NCBI GenBank assembly: GCA_964480345.1
Contig: CAYZNW010000004.1
Coordinates: forward strand, 27,962 to 91,961
DNA from: an uncultured Candidatus Saccharibacteria bacterium
GTDB lineage: Bacteria > Patescibacteriota > Dojkabacteria > SC72
Reading direction: 5' to 3'
DNA length: 64,000 nucleotides
Part shown: piece after piece, positions 47,303 to 57,439 of the stretch
How positions within the stretch are numbered: position 1 is the first letter of the stretch
How the letters are laid out: each line of letters starts with the position of its first letter
The notes under the pieces: generated by a model
Told to the model about the DNA's origin: nothing
What the model saw: the letters and a program-made list of their open reading frames with translations, nothing else
Databases searched by the model: none
Program-made: the position numbers and the translations under genes

Positions 47303-49792
47303 ATGAAAATAACTACGAACTTACTAAAACAATTTGGCGATATTAATGTCTCAGATGAAGAGATTATTAGATTAACTAAAGAACATATTGCAGAAGTAGA
47401 GGAGCAACACAATCTAAAGGCTGATTATGAAAATATAATCATTGCAGAGATAACAAGCAAAGAAATACATCCTGATTCAGATAAGCTTGGAATATATAAA
47501 TTAACCACAGATGGAAGTAATCAAATACAGGTAGTTGCAGGAGATAGAAATTTACAAATAGGGGATAAGGTAGCATATATCCAACCAGGAGCCATAGTTC
47601 CATATTCTATTTACACAGAAGAAGAGCCTATTACAATTAAGAGTGTAAAATTAAGAGGTGTAGATTCAAACGGTATGATGGGGTCAGAAAGAGAGTTGAA
47701 TATAGGAAGCAATCATATAGAAGTCTACAAATTACCTAAAGATGCTCCTGTAGGAGAATCTTTCTCAAAATATTTCAATTTGGAAGATACTGCATTCTCC
47801 ATAGAGAATAAAGGCTTAACAAATAGAGGAGATCTTTTTGGAGTGATTGGTCTTGCAAGGGAGTTAACAGCTATTACTGGTAATAAATTTACCTCTCCTG
47901 AGTCATATGTCGATCATGATAGTAACCTTAAACCAGAAACTAGCTGTTTAAATCTTCAAATTACAAATAATGCTGAAGTGCTTTGTCCAAGATATACAGC
48001 AATAGCTATAGATAATGTAAACATACAAGAATCTCCAGTAGAGTTTAAATCTACATTGATAAAATGCGGTATTAAACCAACAAACAATATAGTTGATATA
48101 ACAAACTATGTCTCTTTGATATTTGGACAACCTATGCATGCTTTTGATTATGACAAGGTTATTTCTAATGATAGAAGTACTACTAATACTGCAAATATAG
48201 AAATTAGATTAGCTAGAGAAGGTGAAAATATGTTAGGTTTGGATAACAAAGTACACGAGTTGAATAGTAGGACAGTTGTAATAGCAGATAGCACCCATCC
48301 AATAGCTATTGCAGGAGTAATTGGTGGTAAAGATACAGAAGTAGATTTCAATACCAGAAGAATAATATTTGAATCTGCTAATTTTGATAAAAATAGTATT
48401 AGAAAAACCTCGATGGAGTTAGGGGTATTCACGGATGCATGTACTAAATACAAACACTCTTTAGATACAGAGGTAACATTACCTGCTCTAAAGAAAGCAG
48501 TATCATTAGCGAAAGAGTTAGCTGGGGCTAAAGTTGCTTCCTCTATAGTCGATCTATATGAAATACCTTTTGATACAAACCAAACCATTAAGTTTGATAT
48601 TGATAATTTTAATACAATAGCAGGTATAGAAATAAGTCCAGAAGAGATAAAAAAGATTCTTGAGAATTTGGAGTATAAAGTTACAGAGAACGATGATAAT
48701 TCATTAATTGTATTTATTCCTTCATGGAGGAGAGATATTTCTATCAAAGAAGATCTGTACGAAGACATTATTAGAGTGTATGGATACAACAATATAGTTC
48801 CTATTCTTCCAAAGAAACAGATTAAACCTCCTGTAAAAAATGAGATATTTGAACTTAAGAAAGAGGTTCGAAATATATTAAGTAATAGAGGAGCTAATGA
48901 AATTGTAAGTTACAGTTTTACTGGTTTGAAGAATTTCCAAGAGTGTAATTTAAATCCTGATGAGGCTTTTAGAATTGCAAATCCTCTTTCACCTGAATTG
49001 TTTCTGATGAGAACAAGCATCTTGCAATCAGTTTTGCAAAAAGCAAAAGAGAATATATTACGATGTTTTGATAAATTTGTGTTATATGAGCAGGGAATTT
49101 CTCATCTAAGGAGTAGAATAGATGAGGGTAATGTTCCTGAAGAGGAGTGGATGCTTTCTACAGTTGTTACTGATATGAGAAAGGATGATTATGAAGGCTC
49201 GCCATATTATGAATCTAAGAAATATCTTGATGATTTACTGGAAAGTTTAAATTATCATAATGTTAAATATACTCTTGTAGCAGATATGGAAGAGGAGAAA
49301 TTGCCTGCAAGAATAAAGAATCTTCTTCCTATATTTGATCCTAATGTCTCAGCGATTGTATCTATGGGTATGGATTATTTCGGTATAGTAGGAGAGGTGA
49401 AAGAGAGTATTAAAGATACTTTCAAATTACCAAAGAACACATCTGCTTTTGAGATTTCATTATCTCATCTCATTACATTAGATAGGTCAATGAAATCATA
49501 TAGAGATATCCCTGTATATCCTCCTTTTTCAATAGATATGTGTTTTAAGGTAGATACTGCTATACTTTACTCTGATTTATATAACGAGATTAATTTTGTT
49601 GTAAATAAAGAGAATTACTATGGAAAAGTTGAATGTTTGGATATATATCAAGATAACGATGAGAAGAAAAAGATAACATTTAGAATATCAGTAAGTAATT
49701 ACAACAGTACATTTACTGAGAAACAAATTAATGAGATTAAGGAACAAATAATTAAAAAGCTATCAAAGAAATTCTTAGCTGAGGTTGTTTAA
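47303..49792 (+). CDS. pheT: Phenylalanyl-tRNA synthetase beta subunit
   Basis: 829 aa, starts 1 nt after the pheS stop. B3/4, B5 and FDX-ACB-like architecture inferred from length and context. Confidence 0.85.
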   Translation: MKITTNLLKQFGDINVSDEEIIRLTKEHIAEVEEQHNLKADYENIIIAEITSKEIHPDSDKLGIYKLTTDGSNQIQVVAGDRNLQIGDKVAYIQPGAIVPYSIYTEEEPITIKSVKLRGVDSNGMMGSERELNIGSNHIEVYKLPKDAPVGESFSKYFNLEDTAFSIENKGLTNRGDLFGVIGLARELTAITGNKFTSPESYVDHDSNLKPETSCLNLQITNNAEVLCPRYTAIAIDNVNIQESPVEFKSTLIKCGIKPTNNIVDITNYVSLIFGQPMHAFDYDKVISNDRSTTNTANIEIRLAREGENMLGLDNKVHELNSRTVVIADSTHPIAIAGVIGGKDTEVDFNTRRIIFESANFDKNSIRKTSMELGVFTDACTKYKHSLDTEVTLPALKKAVSLAKELAGAKVASSIVDLYEIPFDTNQTIKFDIDNFNTIAGIEISPEEIKKILENLEYKVTENDDNSLIVFIPSWRRDISIKEDLYEDIIRVYGYNNIVPILPKKQIKPPVKNEIFELKKEVRNILSNRGANEIVSYSFTGLKNFQECNLNPDEAFRIANPLSPELFLMRTSILQSVLQKAKENILRCFDKFVLYEQGISHLRSRIDEGNVPEEEWMLSTVVTDMRKDDYEGSPYYESKKYLDDLLESLNYHNVKYTLVADMEEEKLPARIKNLLPIFDPNVSAIVSMGMDYFGIVGEVKESIKDTFKLPKNTSAFEISLSHLITLDRSMKSYRDIPVYPPFSIDMCFKVDTAILYSDLYNEINFVVNKENYYGKVECLDIYQDNDEKKKITFRISVSNYNSTFTEKQINEIKEQIIKKLSKKFLAEVV

Positions 49793-52578
49793 TTGTTATT
49801 ACCATTTCCAGGTTTAGGTGTGATAGGGTCGGCAGGAGGAGTAACTGGTTCAGTTGCTACGGCTTTGACTGTGACAGAAGCAGTACCTATTTTTGCATGA
49901 TTATCTTTAGCTGTTACTACTATTTTAATATCTCCTGCTTTAGTGGTAGTAGGTACTGTGTAATGTATTACATATGAGCCATCAGCATTTAATGAAGCGG
50001 CAACATTTTTCCCATCAAAAGTAACTATGAACTCAGAAATACTTTCTAAGTATCTAACACTTCCTGTGATTTCCACCATCTGACCTATTTTTACTTCAGC
50101 TCCAGATGCCGGAGTCTTAATTTCTACTACAGGAGCATTATTTTCACCTAAAGGAAGCTGACATACTCCAGTTGCAGGATTATCAAATAGATAAACTGAA
50201 TCTGCAGGAGCAGTTAAATGTACTTTATATGCATCAAACTGTAAAGAATTTTCTAATTTTGTAGAAAGAAGGATTTTTGTCGTAACTAGTTCATACTTTC
50301 GAGCTGCATCAAGATTCGTAGGAATCAAATTATTAGCTTTACAAACTTCAATTACCTTTCTGTTATCAACCTGAGGAGCTTTACCAGCAATATATAAAGA
50401 AGCTTCTTTCGCACATTCTACTCCCTCAGCAGGAGTTGCACCTGTATCTGTACAAACCGATGTAGTCATAATACCTGCGGGCCTATTAAAAGCAAATTCA
50501 GAGTAGCTATCTATAACTCGCTTGAAGAAAGAGTTAGCCATAGCAAGAGAGATCGTAGAAGCCCAACCGTTAGGCATAATCTCTCCATTGTTATTACCGT
50601 TCCATGCCCCAACAACTAAGCTTTGATTGTACAAGAAGGCATCTAAGTCTTTAGGACCATCTGTTGTACCTGTCTTTCCACAAACTTTTTTACCATTAAT
50701 ATAGAAGTAATTATCTCCATACCTGTCATGGAATCCTTGGATATCACAAGCCATCCAGTTAATTAAATATGCTTCCTTTTCATCTATAACTCTAGTTCCT
50801 TCATTATCTTTATACTCTTTCAAAATATTCCCTTTGTTATCCTCCACTTTTAGAATAGATGTAACATCGTGTTTAACTCCACTGTTTGCCAATGTTGCAA
50901 ACGCACCAGCAAAGTCCAAAAGTTTCATCTCTGCCGAACCTAATCCTAAACTCAAACCGTAACTAGCTTTAGATACAATATCTACACCTAGTTTCTCCAT
51001 AAGCTGAATATACCCATCAATACCACCAAGCTGCAACATATATACGGCAGGAGTATTTCGAGAGAGAACAAGAGCTTTTCTTGCAGTCATTAAACCTTGA
51101 TTTTTTCCATCCCAGTTCTTAGGGTCATAGGTTCCAAATTTAATCTCAGCTATATCAGGAGCAAGTGTCCAAGGACCGTACCCTCTTGATATCGCATTAA
51201 GATACACAAAAGGCTTAACTGAAGAACCCATCTGTCTATCACTCGTCGTAATATTTACATTACCATCCACACGAGGATCCGAAGTATTCCAGTAATCTAC
51301 AGAACCAACCATAGCTAATATCTGACCGTTCTTTGGATTTAATACAATCATAGCTCCGTTATTTGCATTAAACCTTCTAGCAGCATCAACACTTTTAACA
51401 ACCTCTTCTTCTGCTATAGATTGCAAAGACGGATCAAGAGTAGTAGTAACTTTCAATCCTCCTCTTTCAACACGATCAATGCCAAACTCCTCTTCTAAAA
51501 GCTGTTTAACATAAAAGACAAAATGAGGAGCCTTAATATCAATCTTCTTTGTACTGTAAGTTAACTCTTCATCTCTTGCCGAAGCTATTTCATCTTTATT
51601 AATACCTGTAAGATTTTGATGCTTTTCCATTTGATCTAAAACATACTGCTTTCTTACCTCAGCCATCTCCGGTTTTGTTCCATACAAAGGAGAGTATATT
51701 CCAGGACTCTGAATCAAACCTGATATCAATGCACTCTCTGCAAGTGTAAGTTCACTTACATCTTTATTAAAATATGCATTAGCAGCAGCTTGGAAACCGT
51801 AATTAACTCCTCCAAGAGGCACTTCATTCATATACATCTGTAATATCTGATCTTTGGTAAATGTCTGTTCTACCTGCATAGTAATCAAAACCTCCTGTAT
51901 TTTCCTGGAGTATGTTTGTTTGTAGGCATCATCTCCAAGCACATCGTAGAGGATAGTGTTTTTTACCAACTGTTGAGTAACAGTACTGGCTCCTCTAACA
52001 ACTCTCTTATTTCTTAAGTTCTGAATAAAAGATTTGAGAATGCCTAAGTAATCCAATCCTTTATGCTGATAAAACTCAATATCTTCAGCAGCAAGCAGAG
52101 CCCATTTAGTATGATCAGGAATCTGATCTATTGGAACAAATTTCCTGTTGTGATCTTTATATACTGTGTAAAGTAAATTCCCATCTTTATCTAAAATCTG
52201 AGTACTCTGATCTGATACTCTATCAACAAGTTTATCTGGAGAGGGTAATGACTTCTGAATGTTTCTTAAATACAAACCAACCACTATTAATCCAACACAA
52301 CCAAGAAAGAATAAAACACCAATGAAAATATATACTACTTTCTTTGCCTTCTTTTTAAACTCAGCATTACCAAAAGGTCGTTTCGTTCCTACTTTCTTAA
52401 TATCTCCCTCCTTATTACTTCTTTTACTAATACCATTAGCACTATACTTCTTGAAATTTTTGTACCTATTTAATTCAGTAGGACCAAAAGATCTTGAAAG
52501 ATTTCGAATGGAATCCTTACTTCCAAACATCTTTTTTCGTCTATCGCTTATACCAAAACTGTACTTCATGGTTACCAT
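49789..52578 (-). CDS. Class A penicillin-binding protein (bifunctional GT51 transglycosylase/transpeptidase, PBP1A-like) with a basic N-terminal cytoplasmic extension and a C-terminal Ig-like/Pro-rich extension
   Basis: GT51 motifs ALLAAEDIEFYQHKGLD and RGASTVTQQLVKN. Transpeptidase SSVKPF (SxxK). The C-terminal 150 aa are beta-rich, ending in PVTPPADPITPKPGNGNNN. Confidence 0.85.
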   Translation of the reverse strand: MVTMKYSFGISDRRKKMFGSKDSIRNLSRSFGPTELNRYKNFKKYSANGISKRSNKEGDIKKVGTKRPFGNAEFKKKAKKVVYIFIGVLFFLGCVGLIVVGLYLRNIQKSLPSPDKLVDRVSDQSTQILDKDGNLLYTVYKDHNRKFVPIDQIPDHTKWALLAAEDIEFYQHKGLDYLGILKSFIQNLRNKRVVRGASTVTQQLVKNTILYDVLGDDAYKQTYSRKIQEVLITMQVEQTFTKDQILQMYMNEVPLGGVNYGFQAAANAYFNKDVSELTLAESALISGLIQSPGIYSPLYGTKPEMAEVRKQYVLDQMEKHQNLTGINKDEIASARDEELTYSTKKIDIKAPHFVFYVKQLLEEEFGIDRVERGGLKVTTTLDPSLQSIAEEEVVKSVDAARRFNANNGAMIVLNPKNGQILAMVGSVDYWNTSDPRVDGNVNITTSDRQMGSSVKPFVYLNAISRGYGPWTLAPDIAEIKFGTYDPKNWDGKNQGLMTARKALVLSRNTPAVYMLQLGGIDGYIQLMEKLGVDIVSKASYGLSLGLGSAEMKLLDFAGAFATLANSGVKHDVTSILKVEDNKGNILKEYKDNEGTRVIDEKEAYLINWMACDIQGFHDRYGDNYFYINGKKVCGKTGTTDGPKDLDAFLYNQSLVVGAWNGNNNGEIMPNGWASTISLAMANSFFKRVIDSYSEFAFNRPAGIMTTSVCTDTGATPAEGVECAKEASLYIAGKAPQVDNRKVIEVCKANNLIPTNLDAARKYELVTTKILLSTKLENSLQFDAYKVHLTAPADSVYLFDNPATGVCQLPLGENNAPVVEIKTPASGAEVKIGQMVEITGSVRYLESISEFIVTFDGKNVAASLNADGSYVIHYTVPTTTKAGDIKIVVTAKDNHAKIGTASVTVKAVATEPVTPPADPITPKPGNGNNN

Positions 52579-52621
52579 TATGCACCATTTATATTCTCAA
52601 ATCAATTCCTTACCCAACATA

Positions 52622-52641
52622 TGTCGGACCTAGGTCAGACA
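52622..52641. promoter_or_regulatory. 20-bp GC-rich imperfect palindrome TGTCGGACCTAGGTCAGACA (copy 1), a candidate operator in the PBP1A promoter / 5' UTR
   Basis: Perfect 10-bp core GACCTAGGTC. The same two mismatched positions as copy 2. 44 nt upstream of the PBP1A start codon. Confidence 0.5.
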
Positions 52642-52804
52642 CGTTGTAAGAACTTTTTCATCTACACCTTAACCTTAGTGCAATAGGTTTTTTCAGACTT
52701 CTTGTTTTTTTCTATTTTTCGACCAGTATATTTTTTACAAAACCAAAAGCAGCTAAGGGCCGTACTTTGAGATAAACTATTGTTATGAACTGTTTCTTAA
52801 AAGA

Positions 52805-52824
52805 GGTCGGACCTAGGTGCGACC
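52805..52824. promoter_or_regulatory. 20-bp GC-rich imperfect palindrome GGTCGGACCTAGGTGCGACC (copy 2), overlapping the -35 region of the hisS promoter
   Basis: Shares GTCGGACCTAGGT with copy 1. An extended -10 TGaTATAAT (52835..52843) lies just downstream. Confidence 0.5.
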
Positions 52825-52834
52825 TGTAAAGGCA

Positions 52835-52843
52835 TGATATAAT
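52835..52843 (+). promoter_or_regulatory. Extended -10 element TGaTATAAT for hisS
   Basis: TG at 52835..52836 and TATAAT at 52838..52843, a few nt upstream of the hisS start. Confidence 0.3.
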
Positions 52844-52849
52844 CGTTGT

Positions 52850-54151
52850 ATGGGAACAAGAATGAAAGCAACAACATTAAAAGGGTTTAAGGACTATTTC
52901 GCACAGGATGTGCAGATAAGAGAGTATATCAAGGATACTTTTAGGAATTTAGCTTTAAGTTATGGGTACGAGGGGCTTGAGACTCCTTCTTTAGAATACT
53001 CTGAATTGATACTAGGCATCAGTGGAGCGGAGGCAGAGAAGCTTTACTACCGATTTAAAGATCATGGAGATCGGGATGTAATGCTTAAGTATGAATTAAT
53101 GACATCTATGTGTCGAGCAGTCGCTCAAAATGTTAATGAAATACAAATGCCTTATAAGAGATATCAGATGCAGAATGTTTGGAGAGCAGATAATGTTCAA
53201 AAGGGACGACTTCGAGAGTTCACTCAGCTTGATATTGATACATTAGGTACAAATTCAAATTTCTCAGATGCAGAGATATTAGAGATAGGTTTAAGATTCC
53301 TGCAGAAGTTAGGATTTAAGAAATATGTAGCAAGAATTAGTAATCGAAAGATTCTACTAGGTATATTGGAGTATTTGGATATACCTGAATCATACTTTGA
53401 TGGTTTCTATATATCAGTAGATAAGTTGAAGAAGATAGGAGAAGAAGAGGTTAAATATGAATTAATTAATGTAAGAGGAATAGAGAGTAAAAAGGTAGAA
53501 CAGATAATGAAAATTTTAAAAACAAGGGAGCTGGAAGATTTAGAGAAAAGTATTGGTACAACAGAAACAGGAGGAGAAGGGGTTAATGAATTAAAAGAAA
53601 TACTATCTATTCTAAAAGAAACTGATCTTGATCCTTCTACATATCAGTTTGATATCACATTAGCTCGAGGTTTAGCTTCATATACTGGCCCTATTTGGGA
53701 ATATGAGATATTAGATAACAACATAGGTTCTGTTTCTGGTGGGGGAAGATATGACAAAATAATAGGAAGATATATAGGTTATGATATTTATGCTACTGGC
53801 GTATCTTTTGGGTTAGAGAGGTTACAAGAGATAATGAAAGATAATAATATGGTCAAAGACATCTCTACCACAACAGATGTGTTAGTAGTTCCTATGGAAA
53901 ATAAATATATTGAATACACTATCCAAATTGCACAAAAATTAAGAGAAAAAGGAATAAAGACTATGGTATATCCAGAAATTAAGAAATTAGGAAGTGTATT
54001 TAAATATGCAGATAAGAAAAATTTTCCGTGGGTAATAGTCATAGGTGAAGATGAAGTATCAAAGAAGTGTGTACAGTTAAAAAATATGAAAACACAGAAG
54101 CAATCGACTGTAATAGTAGAGGAAGCTGTAAAGTTAATTAATCAGAAGTAA
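52850..54151 (+). CDS. hisS: Histidyl-tRNA synthetase
   Basis: Class II motifs: LKGFKDYFAQD..., YRFKDHGDRDVMLKYELMTS, RYQMQNVWRADNVQKGRLREFTQLDIDTLG. C-terminal anticodon-binding domain. Confidence 0.9.
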   Translation: MGTRMKATTLKGFKDYFAQDVQIREYIKDTFRNLALSYGYEGLETPSLEYSELILGISGAEAEKLYYRFKDHGDRDVMLKYELMTSMCRAVAQNVNEIQMPYKRYQMQNVWRADNVQKGRLREFTQLDIDTLGTNSNFSDAEILEIGLRFLQKLGFKKYVARISNRKILLGILEYLDIPESYFDGFYISVDKLKKIGEEEVKYELINVRGIESKKVEQIMKILKTRELEDLEKSIGTTETGGEGVNELKEILSILKETDLDPSTYQFDITLARGLASYTGPIWEYEILDNNIGSVSGGGRYDKIIGRYIGYDIYATGVSFGLERLQEIMKDNNMVKDISTTTDVLVVPMENKYIEYTIQIAQKLREKGIKTMVYPEIKKLGSVFKYADKKNFPWVIVIGEDEVSKKCVQLKNMKTQKQSTVIVEEAVKLINQK

Positions 54152-54185
54152 TTTTTTTGTAATCCCCATAGGCTATATATTTTGT

Positions 54186-54788
54186 ATGATATCTTCGTAC
54201 AAAAATATATATATTATTTCTACAGATAAACAATTCATTACTTCCATAAGAAAGAATATATACTGCGATACCCTGTCCAAAGAGAGTAATACCAAAATAG
54301 CACTGATAGATAGAAGGAAGGAATCAAATACTTCCATTTCATATATTGAAAAGGTAAGAGTATGTAGGAAGATACATATTATTAATAATCTGTCATACAA
54401 AAGAATTAACAAATTGCTAGATCACGGTACTGATTACATTATCTCAGATCCGATAAATGTTAATTTACTTAATGGAGTGATATCTAAATTTCAAGGGAGT
54501 AATGAATTTATTGAATATCACGGTCTGAAACTTTATTTGAAAGATTTAGTTTTAGAATACAAGCAGTGTAGAATAAATATTACAAAGATAGAGGCTTTAA
54601 TAATCAAAGCATTAATTTTTAATAAAGGTTTTTGTTCCTTGGAGAGATTATGCGAGTATGCAAGAAGAGATCTGACAAGCAATTACATACAGGTAATTGT
54701 AACAAGAATAAATAATAAAAGTAAATTAGCAACAGGGATTAAGATTATAAAAAACAGATACGGTTTAGGATACAGAATAGCAATTTAA
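54186..54788 (+). CDS. Atypical OmpR-family winged-helix DNA-binding protein with a degenerate, non-canonical N-terminal domain
   Basis: C-terminal trans_reg_C-like ITKIEALIIKALIFNKGFCSLERLCEYARRDL...IQVIVTRINNKSKLATGIKIIKNRYGLGYRIAI. The N-terminal 100 aa lack the canonical receiver acidic pocket. Confidence 0.5.
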   Translation: MISSYKNIYIISTDKQFITSIRKNIYCDTLSKESNTKIALIDRRKESNTSISYIEKVRVCRKIHIINNLSYKRINKLLDHGTDYIISDPINVNLLNGVISKFQGSNEFIEYHGLKLYLKDLVLEYKQCRINITKIEALIIKALIFNKGFCSLERLCEYARRDLTSNYIQVIVTRINNKSKLATGIKIIKNRYGLGYRIAI

Positions 54789-57386
54789 TTAAATTTTCTT
54801 CCTCCATTTAACAATTTTATTTAATGCCTCTATTGGAGTTAGGTTATCTACATCTAATTCTTGAATTTCTCTCTCAATTTCTGATTCTTTTGCAGAGAAG
54901 AGTGGGTATTGAAGGGCACTTTGTCCATTGGAGATATCCTCTTTTTTTGAAGGGAAGACAACTTCTCTAACCGCACCTTTTGGTGAAAACATATTCTTTT
55001 GTTCAAAACTCTCTAATATCTCATTTGCTCTAACTATAACTTTTTCTGGTAGACCCGCCATCTTAGCAACATATATACCGTAACTTCTATCTGTACCTCC
55101 TTCTACTATTTTGCGAAGGAAAATCACAGATCCTTTCTCTACATCCTCTTCAACAAGTACATTAAAATTCTTAACGGTATTTTGGTTCTTCTCGGAAAGT
55201 TTTAACAGTTCATGATAATGGGTTGCAAAAAGAGTTCGAGCTTTAATATCTTTTAATATATACTCCGCTAAAGCCCAAGCTATACTAACTCCATCATACG
55301 TACTTGTTCCTCTGCCAACTTCATCAAGGATTATTAAACTATACTTAGTTGCATTATTTACTATATTGGCTGCTTCATCCATTTCGACCATAAATGTACT
55401 TCTTCCTTTAACCAAATCATCTGAGGCTCCAACTCTTGTAAATATCCTATCTACTATAGAGATATCAGCTTTTGATGCAGGAACAAAACTTCCGATTTGT
55501 GCCATTAGAACAATAGTAGCAACCTGTCTTATATATGTAGATTTACCTGACATGTTTGGGCCTGTGAGAATTGCCATATTTGATTCTTTTTGTGAGAGAT
55601 AGGTATCGTTTGATATAAATTCCTCATCAGAGATAGCTTCGATTATTGGATGTCTACCTTTTTGTATGTCTATAATTCCATCTTTCTCTCCAATTTCATA
55701 AATATTTGGCTTAGTGTAATTATTCTTAATAGCTATATATGCGAAGTTTGAAAGAACATCTATATACGCCACTACTTCAGCTAATTTAAGTAATTGATCT
55801 AAATTAGGTTGTAATGAATCTCGTAAGTCATTAAACAAACTGTATTCAAGAGCAAATAATTTATCATGTGCATTAAGTATGATGTCTTCTTTCCCTTTTA
55901 ATTCTTCTGTAATATATCTTTCTGAATTTACCAAAGTCTGCTTACGAATATATCTATCAGGGACTTTATCTTGATGAGCTTTTGTAACCTCAATATAGTA
56001 TCCAAACACAGAATTAAATCCGATCTTAAGTGTAGAGATTCCCGTTTTGTTTCGCTCTTCCTCTTCGAAACTCTTTAGCCAATCTTTACTATCACCAGAT
56101 ACTGCTCGAAGGTCATCTACCTCTTTGCTGTATTGCTCTTTAATTATTCCTCCCTCTGTTAATAGAGTAGGAGGAGTATCAGATATTGCTTTCTCAATCT
56201 TCTCAACTATTTCCTCAAACAGATTAATTTTTAATGAATCAAATTTAATATTCAGTTCTTTATTTAATTTCTCCAAAACTTTTAATGAACTAGAGAGAGA
56301 ATATTGCAAAGATTTAATATCTCTAGGAGCTGCTCTTTTCAAACCTATTCTCCCAGCAATTCTTCCAATATCATTAACTCCATCTAACTCTTCTCTTACT
56401 TCATTTAATATGTTTTCATTTTTGTAAAACTTCTCAACTATATTTACTCTCTCATCTATTTCTTTTTTACTAATTAACGGATTTAATATCCAAGAATACA
56501 GTAATCTAGTACCCATACGAGTACAGGTTTCATTAAGAATACTAAATAATGAATTTTCAATATTTCCTGAATATGAACTAGCGATTAACTCCAAATTTCG
56601 AATTGTAGCTTTATCCAAATTCATACTGCTATTCAAAGACACTCTTTTTGGTTTCTGGATATGCTTTGGTTCCATCAATTGAGTATCAAGAATATATTTT
56701 ATTATCATTGCTACTGGTATGATTTCTTCATCTTCATTAAGACCTAATGAATCTATATTTTTAACCTCAAAGAATTCAGAAATTAATTTTGAACTATACT
56801 GAATATTTTTTAAACCTTTATCTACAAACTGAACTGGAATACTGTTTAGCAAATCCTCATTCTCGCCCTCTACCAAGAGTATCTCAGTAGGATCATATTT
56901 AGATATGATGTTATTAATATTTAATTTAATATTATCTTCTACTAGAAGTAGAAAAGTTCCTGTAGAGATATCGCATAGGGAAGAGTACAATTTTTTACTT
57001 GTTAAGAAAAATGCTCCAAGATATGAATCTTTTATGGAGCTTGCTTCCTCACCATCTAATGTACCAGGGGTTACAACTCTTACTACTCCTCTCTTTACTA
57101 TTCCTTTAGCTAACTTAGGATCTTCTAACTGATCTACTACTACTACACAGTATCCTGACTCTATGAATTTTGGAAGATATTGATCTATCGCTTTATGAGG
57201 GAAACCTGCTAAGGGAACTTCTCCTTTTTTGTCTCTTTTTGTGAGAGTAATATTTAAAACTTTCGAAGCTATTTTTGCATCATCTCCAAATGTTTCAAAG
57301 AAATCACCCATTCTAAAAAGAACTATTTTATCAGCATACTGCTTCTTGAAAGCAGTATATTGTTTCATCATTGGAGTATTATCCAT
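54789..57386 (-). CDS. mutS: DNA mismatch repair protein MutS
   Basis: MMKQYTAFKKQY...FRMGDFFETFGDDA N-terminal mismatch-binding motif. Walker A LTGPNMSGKST. Confidence 0.9.
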   Translation of the reverse strand: MDNTPMMKQYTAFKKQYADKIVLFRMGDFFETFGDDAKIASKVLNITLTKRDKKGEVPLAGFPHKAIDQYLPKFIESGYCVVVVDQLEDPKLAKGIVKRGVVRVVTPGTLDGEEASSIKDSYLGAFFLTSKKLYSSLCDISTGTFLLLVEDNIKLNINNIISKYDPTEILLVEGENEDLLNSIPVQFVDKGLKNIQYSSKLISEFFEVKNIDSLGLNEDEEIIPVAMIIKYILDTQLMEPKHIQKPKRVSLNSSMNLDKATIRNLELIASSYSGNIENSLFSILNETCTRMGTRLLYSWILNPLISKKEIDERVNIVEKFYKNENILNEVREELDGVNDIGRIAGRIGLKRAAPRDIKSLQYSLSSSLKVLEKLNKELNIKFDSLKINLFEEIVEKIEKAISDTPPTLLTEGGIIKEQYSKEVDDLRAVSGDSKDWLKSFEEEERNKTGISTLKIGFNSVFGYYIEVTKAHQDKVPDRYIRKQTLVNSERYITEELKGKEDIILNAHDKLFALEYSLFNDLRDSLQPNLDQLLKLAEVVAYIDVLSNFAYIAIKNNYTKPNIYEIGEKDGIIDIQKGRHPIIEAISDEEFISNDTYLSQKESNMAILTGPNMSGKSTYIRQVATIVLMAQIGSFVPASKADISIVDRIFTRVGASDDLVKGRSTFMVEMDEAANIVNNATKYSLIILDEVGRGTSTYDGVSIAWALAEYILKDIKARTLFATHYHELLKLSEKNQNTVKNFNVLVEEDVEKGSVIFLRKIVEGGTDRSYGIYVAKMAGLPEKVIVRANEILESFEQKNMFSPKGAVREVVFPSKKEDISNGQSALQYPLFSAKESEIEREIQELDVDNLTPIEALNKIVKWRKKI

Positions 57387-57439
57387 ATGTGGAAGTATAT
57401 CATATGGAAAAGGGTTTTTGTGTTATATGGAGTTGTAGA

